DNA from: Psilocybe cubensis
Lineage: Eukaryota
Reading direction: 5' to 3'
Assembly (NCBI GenBank): GCA_017499595.2
Contig: CM039009.1
Span: 2,046,001 to 2,110,000, forward strand
Length of the DNA stretch: 64,000 bases
A program made the translations under genes and the position numbers. The notes under the pieces were generated by a model that was not told the origin of the DNA, did not search any database, and saw only the letters and a program-made list of their open reading frames with translations. Shown here piece by piece: positions 25,850 to 38,346 of the stretch (the first letter of the stretch is position 1; each line of letters starts with the position of its first letter).

Positions 25850-27579
25850 CTACTGACTCCCTTGATCAACATCCATCTGACTGTCAGAGATGTCCAACTG
25901 CTGAGTGTTTGTGCGAGAGGCTGAATCCAAGGAAGCAGTAGGCGCCTGACTTGCTTGGTTATTCAAAGAACTGGCTTCCGACAAAGCGCCAAGAGTGGTG
26001 CCAAGGGAAGCCTGAGAGTCTTGAGATTGCAAGGGTCCGGGAAAAGAATCCGACAAGGTCTCGGTCATTGCCTCAGCCCAAGACGGCACAGGATAGGCAT
26101 AGCTAGGACCGACTGGGGAGGTAGTAGGCCAGGTGTCCGACCACAAATAACCCTCGGTGCTCCACGTAGACTCAGCCGCAATTTCCATTGCTTGCGAAAT
26201 ACGACGTTGTTCCGAAGTGTTGAAAGAGTTGACCGTGACCGTGGGATTCTGGTTAGCAGCTAATGGAGCAGAATAAGCCGGAGGCAGAGGAAGAGAAGGA
26301 GTGCTGGGGGATTCAAGTCGGATAGGAGGAGGTGGATTTGCTGCAATCTCCGAAGCTGAGCGGCCAAAATGATAAGTAGGCGGCGGGAGCATACGTTCGA
26401 TGGAGTCCACGGCGTAATAGGTCCATGGGTCGTCTGGGTCTTGAATATAATACTTGCCTCCGGGTGTCAACTTCACGTAGTCGGGTTTACTGAGATCTTC
26501 TTTGATGATTCGAAGTTTACCCTTCCCTTTTCTGGCTGTGGTAGTGATGGAAGCCAAGCGAGGGTCAGACCTTGCCAAGCGGATAGCCCTGCGAGTTCGA
26601 GCGGCGCCAAAACCAACGGGAATCGGATTAGCCTGCGTACCAAAGGGTGCATTTGGGTCCAGCGCAACTGTCGGGGTCGAGACCCGTGCCATTGCCGATG
26701 CCGATGCACATTGTGTCGGTGCAGAGGGTACAGAGGGTACAGGGGGGGGAGGCAATGCAGCAGAAGTGGAACCGGGGGTAGTGGTAGACAATGGGCTTGA
26801 TGCTGACGGAAGTGACGATGCGGGTGGGCCAGGAGTTGAAGACTGTCCAGCTCCTGATAGCGGAGCACCTGCGCCTGATGCCGACAACAGGCCTGCATCT
26901 GGAGCCGATGACGGACCTGCATCCGATGACGGGCCTCCACCTGGGGCCGATGGCGGGGACGTTGGAGATGGTGAACCAGATGGCGGGAAAGGGACAATCC
27001 GGACGCGACCAGCATGGTACTCCTGTGCGTAGAACGCGCGTGCACGGTACCATGTGTAGAACTGACGGACAACAAAACCCGGAACGAGAAATAGTGTAGC
27101 CAAATCAATTTGACTAAATTATGTGTTAGTTATGGGCTAGCAGTCTAATATTTAATAACATACTCTTCTCTATCAAAAATTCCAACGACATGACCGACGG
27201 TGACAACCAGAACCATTAGAGCAGGATGTACAAGCTCTGCAGGGTGTGGAACACGAGTTCCAGAGAAATTGATGCCGAAGTAACGAGAAGGAGTGTTGGT
27301 GAATGGGCCAACAAAAATTGCAGGAACTGGGACTTCATCAACTTGAAACGCCAATTCAAACGGATGAGGCGGATGGACAACAGAAAACGTGGAGCTTGAA
27401 GATGCAGAGCTTGAAGACGCAGGCGTAGTGTCTTCAACAGCAGAGGTAGACGGGATGGAAACCGAGTTGTTGACGTGAGAGGACTCTCCGGCTGAACCTT
27501 GTAAAGGCGTGGCGCGAGATTTTCCCTTCACATCGGTTGGGGGCTGAGAGGGCGGAGGAGGGTCGGGTGGGGGCTCCAT
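25850..27579 (-). CDS. Pro/Ser-rich protein with an RNase H1 N-terminal (caulimovirus viroplasmin/hybrid-binding)-like domain, 2 exons
   Basis: A 50-nt intron at 27163-27114 (GTATGT...CTAAC...TAG) joins the ORFs in frame: LVVTVGHVVGIFDREDQIDLATLFLVPGFVVRQFYTWYRARAFYAQEY. This resembles the 'V..G..PGIY..W......V.G......F....A..Y' pattern. The domain call is by eye. Confidence 0.6.
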
Positions 27580-28030
27580 GGTATGGTAGAGAAAATAAAG
27601 AGGCTTGGAGGAGGCAATATTTATTCAAAATGCGCGTCGAGTATTCCAAATGAGTGAACTTTAATGGAATTTCAAACAACAAATCATCGGGTTGCAGCGG
27701 GTCGCCAACGTATGTTTCCAGATGTTTCTCAAGTACGAACCAGTTCAAGTAGACAATGATAACGTGCCCCTTATTGTAGAAACAGTGTGCAATTCAAATG
27801 TAAACGACGCAACAAAACAAGCATAGCAGGCTTACATGGTCAGGTTCAAGGGCATCGCATTGAAGCACGGTTTGGTTTGTATTTATAGTGCTCGATAGTA
27901 AGAGGCGTTAGCTTATAAAACAAAATTTAGGAGATACTCACCCCAAACATTGTTGCTTTTGTGTTTCCTTCGTTGCCAGCCTATCTGCCATCCCAATACC
28001 TTCTATTGTCCTGAAGCTTTTGTTCCACCA

Positions 28031-30090
28031 ATGCCTAATCCAGGAGCCTTCAAAGGTGCTCGAAAAGACTTCTTGATGTCTCAGAAGCAAACCTATGCCA
28101 CCGCTGTTGCCGAGGACAACATCAAAGAGACTGTGATGTCTATTCAACGACGCTTTTTCAAGCGTTTTCCACTTGACAAACCTGTTACCTATGAACCTAC
28201 AGCAGAAGAGCTTGCCCTTGTGGACGACGATGTGGCCGACGCAGAAACTGTACCTATCGGACCTCTTTCAGAAAGCGACAGGGAGTTAAGCGAGACTAGG
28301 CGTCAATTGGCAGAGTTTCGCAAAGGCGTATGTATTCTGCACAGATTACGGATAGTGCCTTATCTAATCTAATGTGTCTATTTTTAAATGTAGCAAATTG
28401 CACGTTGGCTGGCATATCAGTATGCCCGCGACAATGGCAAGCAGAAGAAGGCAGACGTATCTCTTCTAGACATCCTTCGGCAACTGACAGGGAAGGAAGC
28501 GTGCCGTCCTCGCATGAAGACACCTGCAAACGTCTGGCGAAAAACTCAACGGGATGCCATTGATCGCGAATACGAGAGACAGGCCGCACTTGCAAGACTT
28601 CGAGGCCAGCCTGTTAAGTCAAGCAACAAAGTTGCGGATCGGGATCGCATCGCAAGAGAGATGTATGCGGCATTACCGAAAAGCGAGCAGGAGAGGTGGA
28701 AGAAGGTTGCTAAAGAAGAACATGAGGCAGCCATGGAGATGTATGACGGCGACAACGAGCTTTCAACTGATCCAGCAGATCGACAACGGTGAGCTCTCAT
28801 ACTATTTGCCTGCGACCTGTTTTATATTGATAATGCTTTATTAAATACCAGGGCAATTCAAAGCATCGTAGAGGTTATGCAACCTATCCTTGATCTACTC
28901 TGCGAGGCGACAGGGTGGAAAGCAACATTGTTGGTTGGTGGTCCAGAGCCAGCTAAGGACGGGCTGTTGAATGTAATCAGGTGCATATTGTTATTTGTTT
29001 TACAATAGAAAACCAACTGAAACATACCAGTATTCACTCGGGGGAAACAGCGGGGGAAGTGAAGCTGAATTTTGGCGCCTCCGAGCGAACTTGGTATAAA
29101 AGACAACTTGTTCCAGTCTTCGGGAGTTTCTTGCAAAAATGTTATAGGAAGTTGATAAATATTCTTATTCGAGTTTACTATCTAACTAATTGTTCATATG
29201 TATAGCCCCGGAAGAATGTCGAGCCCGTGCCCTCAGTGCAAACGACCCTCTTCGTGCTGTAAGTTCAATGTTTTCTGCCTACTATGGATGCCTAATTTAT
29301 TTGCATGCACTGTGTTGCAGATTAATAGAGAAAATTCCAGCTCTTCTCAGTATGTTGATGCCTCTATTACGGAGCCTGCATCTGCTGCACCCGGTCCATC
29401 CCAACAAACATCAAACCCGCCACAAACTGCCTTACAGCCCTCGGTACCAACTGAAGTCAGATCTATGCCGCCCGTCCCGCCCACGATGTCAACATCCACG
29501 TCTAACTCGAACCCATTCCCATTTGACTTGCCGGAAAACATGTCGACACACGGATCCCCCGTACCGTCTCCTGTAACCTCTCGATGCGGCACGCCAGTGC
29601 AAGACTTTACTGACAGGACGCCCAATGTTGTGCAACCGCTCAGTGGCACTCAGGAAATTGCGCCTAGATCAATTGTTCACGCGACGGATTCCTTGGCAGC
29701 CACGTCAGCAGATGCCAGTGCTTTACCGCATCGCGAACAAATGCTTGTTCCTTCAACGGGAAAAAAGTCCAAAAAGAAGGGTAAAAAGGCAGGAAAGGCA
29801 ACAACGTCTACAGCGGAGGCTACCAGGACGCGGGAAAAGCGAAAGGCAACTGCACCTCTGCCAGATGCACCAACCGCACCGGCTCCGCCTCCAAGAAAAC
29901 GGGTGAAACATAGGTGTGTGTGTTTGAATGTCGACACAGCGTATATAATTCTCACATTTGCTTTAGCTTCTACTATGAAGATGCTAGAGGAAACCGTGTC
30001 AATAAGTGGGGTATACGTGTAGACAACAATGGTAATCCTTTGCCATTAATTGACGAGCCCGATGGGGCAGATGAGGTGCAGCCACAGTAG
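28031..30090 (+). CDS. KDZ-associated protein with a divergent HMG-box-like segment, multi-exon
   Basis: Starts MPNPGAFKGARKDFL...IQRRFFKRFP. HMG-like stretch TPANVWRK...RDRIAREMYAALPKSEQERWKKVAKEEHEAA. Contains TGWKATLLVGGPEP. The last exon ends ...EVQPQ* at 30090. Confidence 0.7.
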
Positions 30091-30531
30091 TCTAGCTAGA
30101 ACTCGCGGTAAATCTGCTGAATGAAATTGAATGTTTATTATACGCTTTCATCTACGTTCGTATTGCTTGAGTATACTAGTGTTAAATTCTTACTCAAACC
30201 AATAGGCAGTAACATACGGCATATTTGAAGCATTTGTGAAATTTTTCTTATAGTCCCTGCAAAACATTAAATGTATATACTGTCGAAATATGGAAGACAG
30301 CCCTGTATAAAGGTCATCTCTCAAAAAACGGGCGGAAAAGCAAACAAAGCGCGACGAATTCTAATACAGTACCTATCCAGCATGGCGGAAAGCCTAGACC
30401 CATGGGCTGGGCCATGCCTGTGTTCCAACGGAGCCGCAAGCTCGAGGTGTCTGGCTACTGCATCCGCGCTGATGGACATTGATGGACCCAGTCTGGCCCA
30501 AGTCTGGCCACACTTCCTGCCATCAGCAGTA

Positions 30532-30937
30532 ACTGCATCCGGATTGATGATCAATTCCGAATTGGGAAGGGGCGACAATTATTCCTGGACGTCATCCAAA
30601 GTCGCCCCGACCCATCCACCCCGCTCATCGTCCCAAACAGCGCGCAAACGGCGGGATTAAATCCCGCTCGTCACGAGGACCCCAACCCATTTTTTGGCGC
30701 GCAAAACGGCCGCCCCAACGACGAGCAAGGCCATTTTTCGTGCCCTGCGGGGCCCCGTACAGCGATCCCGCGCGTTATCAACAGTGTTTGGTCGTGTTGA
30801 CCAATGCCCGCCCCCATTCTCCCCCCCACCAAACACACGATGCATCAATTCTGGCAACTGGCAGTTGCCTCTCCTCATGTATCAGGCCCAACTGGCAGTT
30901 GCCAGTATTTGATACATAAAGTCAGCAACTAGAGGTG
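30532..30937 (-). repeat. Right terminal inverted repeat
   Basis: Reverse complement of 17793-18198. Confidence 0.95.
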
Positions 30938-32095
30938 GTCCTCCAAATTCACTGATCAAGAAGAGGCATGATTGATCTCGGTCCTCAAAGCGTGTTTGCC
31001 TTTGAGATCTTATGCTCATCAATGTGTTTGATTTTTTTCATTGGATAAGTCGACTAGCGCTTTTACAATCAACTGTCCAGAGCGATGCATACTTGGAAAG
31101 GTAACACCACGAAATCGTAGTATGTGGTGTCCGGAACCCTCCCGTGATGATAAATTCTCCTCGGCTGAAGGAAAAAATGAAGCTTGGCCTTTCAATATGA
31201 CTAAGTGATAAATACGTGTGTGCATCCTCTTTCCCGGAACTGTATGACATGTGTATAATCGTATACAGAGGTTTGCTAGTATACCAGAAACATCGGCTCG
31301 AGGCCGCGAAGCTTCTTCTATAATTCAGGCAGAGTTTGTGCCATTTTCTTCTAATTGCTCGCTTGGCATCAGAGCCTAAATCCCTTGCTTCCTTGTGGAG
31401 GCAAGAACGCTTAACGAAGAAACAACATCCAGTGAGCAAGGTACATAGGACTTTGATCCCTATTCCCAATGCTATGTTCAACTTATTTGCATAACTCCCA
31501 GGAATTCGAGTTGCTCAGGAACACGTTATACACTGAATCGAGCGGTTTGGAAATATGGTCGAACCTCCCTGGCTGGAAGATTTTATGTAAACCACGGAAA
31601 ATACGAAGTCAGCTCAATAAAGACGGTATTGGAAAGCCAGTAGCGTTTGAGATGTCTGAAAAGTTGAGCTTCCTAATAGATGATACGGAGAGTAAATCGA
31701 ATTCACGAGTCAACAATATAATAATCGTGACTGATTTTGAATTCAATAGAAGTGTATGGGTGAAAACAGGATGGCCGGGACCGAAGACTGACCGAAGACG
31801 CGTCACTAATAGGTGATGTTAGATTCTTGCTACACTGGCTAGAACTCCTGGACTCGGCGCGATGAAAGCGATATCAGTCTGGATCTCGGTAAGCGCCTCT
31901 CCGCACTCTCTTTGTAGTATCGTTGGATCCACCCTCATTGATTCACAAACTTATGAAATGGATAGATAGTAGGGCACGCTCAAAAAGATATGTGTATTTA
32001 TTTATTTGTTACAAATGGGATACGCGGCCACTGGAACATTGTACAACAAAGGTTTGAGGTTTGAGTTCGACGCGACGCCGTTGGAGATGACGCGT

Positions 32096-32319
32096 TTAGC
32101 ACTTGCAGTCTCCGGGCTTGCAGGCGCAGCTATCAGACAAAAAACAATGAGTGGGTGTTTGGGACGGTGTCTGGACACTATCTACTCACCCGGTGTTGCA
32201 GCCGCAGGCGTTGCTTCCGCAGCCATTGTTGTTGACGGGGGTGTTGGTGATCTGTGGGCACAAAAGGGCTATCAGCAACAACTTGGTGGGGTGATGAACA
32301 TAGAGCTCACAGCGATCAT
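32096..32319 (-). CDS. Metallothionein MT-3, 34 aa, MIAITNTPVNNNGCGSNACGCNTGCACKPGDCKC (exons 32319-32311, 32251-32190, 32129-32096)
   Basis: Same exon structure as MT-1 and MT-2, with canonical splice sites. TATAAAA at 32392-32386. Confidence 0.93.
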
Positions 32320-32991
32320 GTTTGCGAGTACGAGCTTGTGGTAGTAGAACAAGTTGTTGTTTTTTCGAGCGAGATAGGAAGACTGTTTTATACTCTCTCG
32401 CATATTTGCCCATGTTTGCAGCTCGATGGATCTGCGTCGGTCATGAGGACAAGCAGGGACTTGCTTGAAGCTGTATCTAGTAGCCTCGTTCCTAGCGCAT
32501 TCCTATCTGTTACAGGGCATCATTTCCACCTGAAAGATGCGACGAGGCTCTTGCCCTTCTGAGGCGACCTAATTTGCTTGTCTTCGGTATGTCGGATCGA
32601 TGTTTGTATGCGACAAACATGTATCGGAACATACTCGGATCACAATTCGTGGGAAATAGTATAACCATTTAAACCTCAGTTTCATCCTCCGCCAGTGGAG
32701 AACTTGAACTTCAAGATACTCCTTACGTGGTCCCTGTAAGCATCTCTTTGTATATCGACAAGGTTATGAATCTGTCATTATAAGTGAAGTGTAATTTAGA
32801 GAGAATGACTCACGCAATGCACACATAACAAAGCTATTGACAAGCATATGAAAAGCATAAACAGAGTATTTATCATACTTTTAGTAGGCGAAGCCTGTAA
32901 TAGACGGGCGCTTCAGCTCTCAAGCGATTTTGAAGACATATCAGAGCATGCTTCCATGTAGCTATACGCATCGGGAATCCGAGTACAAAAC

Positions 32992-35900
32992 TCAAATATC
33001 ATCCTCTGGCCCCTCCTCAATCATCTTCGCATAATCCTCATAGCTGGCAAAGGTCGGCAGCGCCTTGCGCTTCTTCCTCTTTTCCCTGCTCATGCTCGGA
33101 TCTTCTTTCCCACCGCGCTTACGCTTCTTGTTCTCAGAACTGATACCTCCCCAGACTTCGTCCTCATCGACCACAGCGCCAGCGTCCGAGTCGGCGTCCG
33201 ATCCGTCGTACTCGATAAGACCCAGTGGGTGTTCCATCCCATCGAGAGGGATAAGATCCTCGTTGTCTGAATCTTCCGCAAGTGACAGGCCGCCTTCCTC
33301 ATCATCATCATCTTCTTCTTCGCCTTCATCTTCGTCGTTTTCACTCCCAACTTCCTCGTCGTCATCGATATCGAGGTCAGACCCGTTCAACTCGCTATCA
33401 TCTCCGAAGTCAACTGACGCATCCTCATCCTCATCGACATCGCTGTCCAGCATAAGATCGTCATCTTCCCCAGCGGCCTTCGGCATCGTCGCCTGCATCA
33501 CCTACAAATATCAAACGGGAATCAATATATTAGAGAACATGAGAATATAAAGTATGTGAAGCACGCACCTTCCAAATCTCTGCCTCGTCAGCGTCACTAT
33601 CTTCCTCGCTGAACTCGCTGGCGGGTTCGTCGGCGTCAGCCTCATCATCCGACGCGACATTCTCATCTTCTTCACCCTCCTCCTCATCTTCTTCGCTTTC
33701 CTCCTCGTCATCTTTCCTCTTGTTAACCTTCGCAGCCTTCGCCTTCTCACGCTCATTCTTCCTCGTGAAGAAATCATGGAAGAACAGCTACACGAAAAAA
33801 ATGAGTGCCTCAGCCGATATTTTGAAAACAGGAAGAACAAACCTGATCAACAGGAACATCCTCCCGCCTCTTCTTCAAAAATGCTGCTTCATTCACCATC
33901 ACCATCCCCGCGGCCGTACGACCCGCCTCTCCCTTCATCAACTTCACGCCGTCAAGGGCGCTCGCCGCCGGCTGCATCGCACTTGCGCCCTTGGCGCCGA
34001 GCACCTCTTCACCCTCCTTCTCCTCGCCCTTATCTTTACCGAGCTTTTTCGGGTTCTTGTACACGAACCGATCGAGGAAGTGCAAAAGCGTGTTCTGCGA
34101 TAGGTCTGCTGATGCCGTGAGCGGCTGTGAGGTGAGCAGCTGGCGCGCATGCAGTGCGACCGCAGGGTGGTAATGGTTCAGCAGAGGCGTCTGTTGGCAC
34201 GCAAAACAGAAAAGGCATAATCAATGAAAATTCGGGACATGGATATGGAAATGTTAAGAGGGCAAAAACGCACCAGTTCCCATAGGGGTAGCGCCGATGC
34301 GTGTGCGAACTGCGGCTCGCGTTTTCTGGGGTCGTACGCCTCCTGTGTAGCAGCATCGTCTCCCTTCTGTGCTTTGGGTTTTTCATTGATCATCGCCCTC
34401 AATCCCGGTATACTACTAAACAGCTAAATGAACCCCAAAAGCAACCACCAATGAGTCCCCAGATTACCGATAAACATTCTGAAACTTGAAATAGACATAC
34501 CTCGCCCAGCAAGAAGAGCCCACCGGCAATAAACTCGGGTGCGCCACCACCTCCACTTACAAGCACCTGGACGAACCGTCGGATGAGCGCCTTGACCCTC
34601 TCCCCCTTCTCGCCCTTTACACTCGCGTCGTCGGTACCGACACCCGCGTCAGCTTTGATGGACTTGAAGAATAGGTTAAGGTACATCGCTTGCTTCGAGG
34701 ACGTCGCGAGCCGTGTGTCGTGGAGCGAAGCGTAGAGGGTACGGTAGTAACGGTCCGTAATGGACTTGGCAGTCGCTGCTGCTGACGAAGAAGATGAAGA
34801 GGATGCGGAGGAAGGGGGTAAGGAAGAGGAGAGCGAGGCTGATATCTGTTGAATGAGAACTAAAGCTTGGAGCGATATGTTGAAAGTGGACTTGTGGGTG
34901 ATGAGGAACAGGGTGTCGATATGTTTGTTGATTCTGTCAAGACGCGCGTTAGCTTAAAATTGAGACGTTATGGAAAAGGAGAGAAGCGCGCACCCGACGT
35001 CGGCTGCGTCAATCTTTGCGAACGGCAGTGCGCGATTGACACCAGTCAAAATGGCAGAAACGAGCTTCGAGTTCGAATCCTCGACCTCTGTAAACCCAGC
35101 TGCGCCCTTGATTTCCATAACCTTTCCTTTTCCCTTTCCTTTGCCCTTTGATCTCTCCATGATCCTTCCTCCTTTGTCCGTCTTGAACTCTTCTTCTTCC
35201 TTCCCTTTCCCCTTTCCTTTACCATGATCCACCTTCTCATCCGCCTCTCCATCCACTTCCTCTCCCAGCCCCTCTCCCAAAAGTTCCTTGAACATCTCAA
35301 AATAAACATCAATCAACTGAAGCGCCACCTCCTTGTCCCCGGGCGTCAACACAATTTGATTGAACGTCACTGTCGCGTAATATCGCGCATGTGAATTGGT
35401 GCTTTTTTTCTCCTTGTCTTTTGATGAAGAACCTTTCGGTGTTGGGGCAGGTTTGGGAGGCTCAGCATCACCGAATCGGATGTGTTTGTTGGCAGAGGCG
35501 GCGGTGCTGGCTGCGGCAGCAGCTACGACAGCGGCTGTGGTAGGAGCTGCGGGACGCAGAACGAGGGAAATGATCTCGCGGACGACGATTGCTTTCATGG
35601 CAGGGTGGCTTTGGAGGAGTTGAAGCAGGTGGTATGAAGCACGCGAGGCGAGTGATTTTTCCGTGTCTCCCTGTTTGTTTAGAAAATGAGAATTTTAAAT
35701 AGGTTGATAGAATGGTACTGACTAGTTTATTGACGAGCAAACGCAACAGATTCTGCTCCTGCTCGGGTTTATCCTTGAGGAGTGTAAATATCAGACTGAT
35801 GGTTTGTGTCCGGACGTAGGGTAGAGGGTCTAGCGAAAGAGTCTGTGTGTGAATCGTCGATTAGAAACTGATGGGTCCTCTTGTGAAGAGTAAAACGAAC

Positions 35901-37076
35901 CTCAAGCACTTGAAGGACCGAGAAAAAGTACTTTTTCAACCAATCTTCGAAGTGCCAGAGCAAAAGATATTCGTCTGTAACACCGGGATGCAGTAAAGGC
36001 TGGTCGCGGAAATATCTAAGGAAAAAAGTCAGAAACGGTCATGAGGAAAAGAAAATACGCACTTGAGTTTGCGATTGGGTGCTCCGCCTCCGACCCACCA
36101 ATCAACGATACACCTCAGCGCCTTCAAGCTCTCTTCCCTGCCACCCTTTCCCTTGCCTCGCTCCGCCATCGTCCTCAATGTCTCCAGCGCCTTGATGTTG
36201 TGAAGAGGGCTACTCTGCACCAAAAGCGTCAGCGCACTGAGCCTGTCCGAGAGTGTACCCGATGAAATGATTTTGGCAAGGAAGCTCGCCTCAGATGAGG
36301 AAGAGTTCGAGGAGGAGGATGTCAGGAAGGTAGAAATGTCTTTTTCATGCAGCTCTGCAGCCTTTTGTGATAGTGATGATAATTGTGCTGGAGTGATTGT
36401 CGTGGAGGCTGAGGAGGAATAATCAAGGGTAGGTAGAGCGTTGTACCATTGCGAAATTGGCTGGAAGACAAATTGCGATTTCGGGTTGAGCGTAACCTTT
36501 GTAGGTAGCACGACTTTCGGACGTTCCTCTACAGGTGCGGTAGTAGTCGATGGTGCAGGTGTTTCTGTCTTTTGAACGTGTTTTTTGTCTTTTTTCGAAG
36601 GTTTTGAGACGGAAGTCGATTCTTGGGGTTCGGCCACAGGCTTCCCTTTCTTTTCATGTGTAGTCTTCGAACCTGAATGAAGCTTTTCTTTCTCTTTTCC
36701 TTTCGCGTTTGGTTTAGATTTCGGGGTGTTGTTTGAGTTCCCACTGCCGATATTAAGTTCGTTCAAAAATTTAGAAACGTCATTTTGCAACGCAGCCTAA
36801 GAAACGAAAGGGATGGATGAGCTGCATCGATATTACATGGGCATTTTGACACACATCATTGACCGTAGACCCCGAACTTATCTCTACATCCTGTTTTACA
36901 CCTTTCAATAACTCCAAATCAGCTTCATCCCCTCCCAATGACGATATCTGGCTTTTCGACAAAGTCCTGGGCGTCTTGTCGTTTTTTAGCGACGTTGTTG
37001 AGCTTTTCGCGTACTCTTTCGATGATGATTGAAGAGCTTTGGAAGAACGACCTTTTTCTTTTCGTATACGGGCCAT
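32992..37076 (-). CDS. MAK21: Ribosome biogenesis protein Mak21/Noc1 (CBF/CEBPZ family), multi-exon
   Basis: Motifs [48 protein letters not shown] and [13 protein letters not shown], and an acidic tail ending [14 protein letters not shown]. Confidence 0.92.
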
Positions 37077-37139
37077 ATTGTCGATGAAACTCGAGTTACC
37101 AACGTGAATGGTTAATGCATCCCTCACCATGGATAATCC

Positions 37140-37165
37140 AAAAATTCTCATAGTTATCACGTGAT
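37140..37165 (-). promoter_or_regulatory. Candidate E-box palindrome (ATCACGTGAT) and RRPE-like element upstream of MAK21
   Basis: Perfect 10-bp palindrome at 37156-37165 and TGAGAATTTTT on the minus strand at 37151-37141, about 65-90 bp upstream of the ATG. Function is inferred only. Confidence 0.35.
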
Positions 37166-37309
37166 CCATAAGCATTTAAGCCAGAGGACGAGGGTCGGCG
37201 CAGCTTGACTTTCCTCTTACACCATCGAAATGTACGAAGAACATTGCCTGGGTGCTGCTTTCCTTCCTATACCCTCTTATTCTCCGCCACGTTGTTAAGC
37301 TTACTTAGA

Positions 37310-37652
37310 GGCGGCGCATCGAAGTACTATGTTACCCGGTCAGCGCATCAAAACCTCAAGCTGCCTTCGGGTCCGAGTCGGCGCATCGAAATTCTAGCTG
37401 CCCTCGGGTCGGCGAATCGAAGTACTCAGATGCATTTGGGTCGGCGAATTGAAGTTTGTTCAGCGTATCAAACCTCAAGCTGCCTTCGGGTCGGCGAATC
37501 GAAATCTGCCTTCGGGTCGGCGCATCGAATTCTAAGCTGCCTCCGGGTCGGCGCATCGACATCTCAAGCTGCCTTTGGGTCGGCGAATCGAAGTACCAAG
37601 CTGCCTTTGGGTGAGCGGATCGCAATTCTATGCTGCCTCTGGGGCGGCGTAT
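37310..37652. repeat. Degenerate minisatellite, about 10 copies of a 27-33-bp unit (AAGCTGCCTTCGGGTCGGCGMATCGAA...)
   Basis: The GCTGCCTYYGGGTCGGCGMATCGA core recurs directly. Confidence 0.85.
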
Positions 37653-38346
37653 GATGCCCTTCCAGTGTACCTAATGTGTGCCATTCCCATGTCTCCTCGT
37701 CACTACCCACATCGACTCAACGCACCAGCAATGAGCTCGCATGTCTCAGTTACCTTTGTTATTTCTGAGACAAAGTCACAAACCCACAGTGGGTTGTGCA
37801 TGTGCTGGCTACAGCGGCCACAGTGTCTCTAAAAGTGATCCACGCCTATCTGTGAGGGACCGATGTGTCACCCCCTCGCAGCGAGGTATCTGAAGCTGCA
37901 GGAAGGCGCAGGTATCCTTTTTAGGGTCCGTAAAACCACTTAGCTACCTAGGGCTACTTGCCTACAATGGGCAATGGCATGGAGGACCATCGATGCCTTT
38001 GTTTCGTGGGCTATACTGATGGTATATTGACACATGCACATGTTTTGCCGTGTAGAAAGTGCGCTGCACAATGTATATAAACGCGCAGCTCTTCCAAGTT
38101 GTCAATTATACACAAGAAGCCTCCTGTTTCTCTCTCAGTGCCATGAGATATTTGATGTTGGTGTAGTTGAGGGAGATCTTCGAGACTCAAAGAGTTAAAA
38201 CTTCGATTACTTGGACTGTGATGGAGCGATGCGTCCTCCCGGCGTCTCTAAATTTCAAGTCTTGGACTCTTGGACTTGCTGGCCCATCCTTCTTAGGGTC
38301 CGTCGTACTGCTTGACTATCTACGTGTTATTTGTACGTGTCATAGA

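Larger units (their letters stand above)
17793..30937. mobile_element. KDZ-superfamily (Kyakuja-type, CxC2) DNA transposon, about 13,145 bp, carrying TET/JBP and three other genes
   Basis: Long TIRs with CA...TG ends, a flanking direct repeat GTCCTCC (17786-17792 and 30938-30944), and a KDZ transposase inside. Confidence 0.92.

Noticed and set aside
30945-31810. Gene disrupted by the KDZ insertion (continuing at 17440-17790)
   Set aside because: The minus-strand frames look vaguely coding but have multiple stops and no identifiable family. At most this is an old relic.
37310-37652. CRISPR-like array
   Set aside because: The context is eukaryotic, the linkers are only about 2-8 nt and related to one another, the repeats are degenerate, and there are no cas genes.
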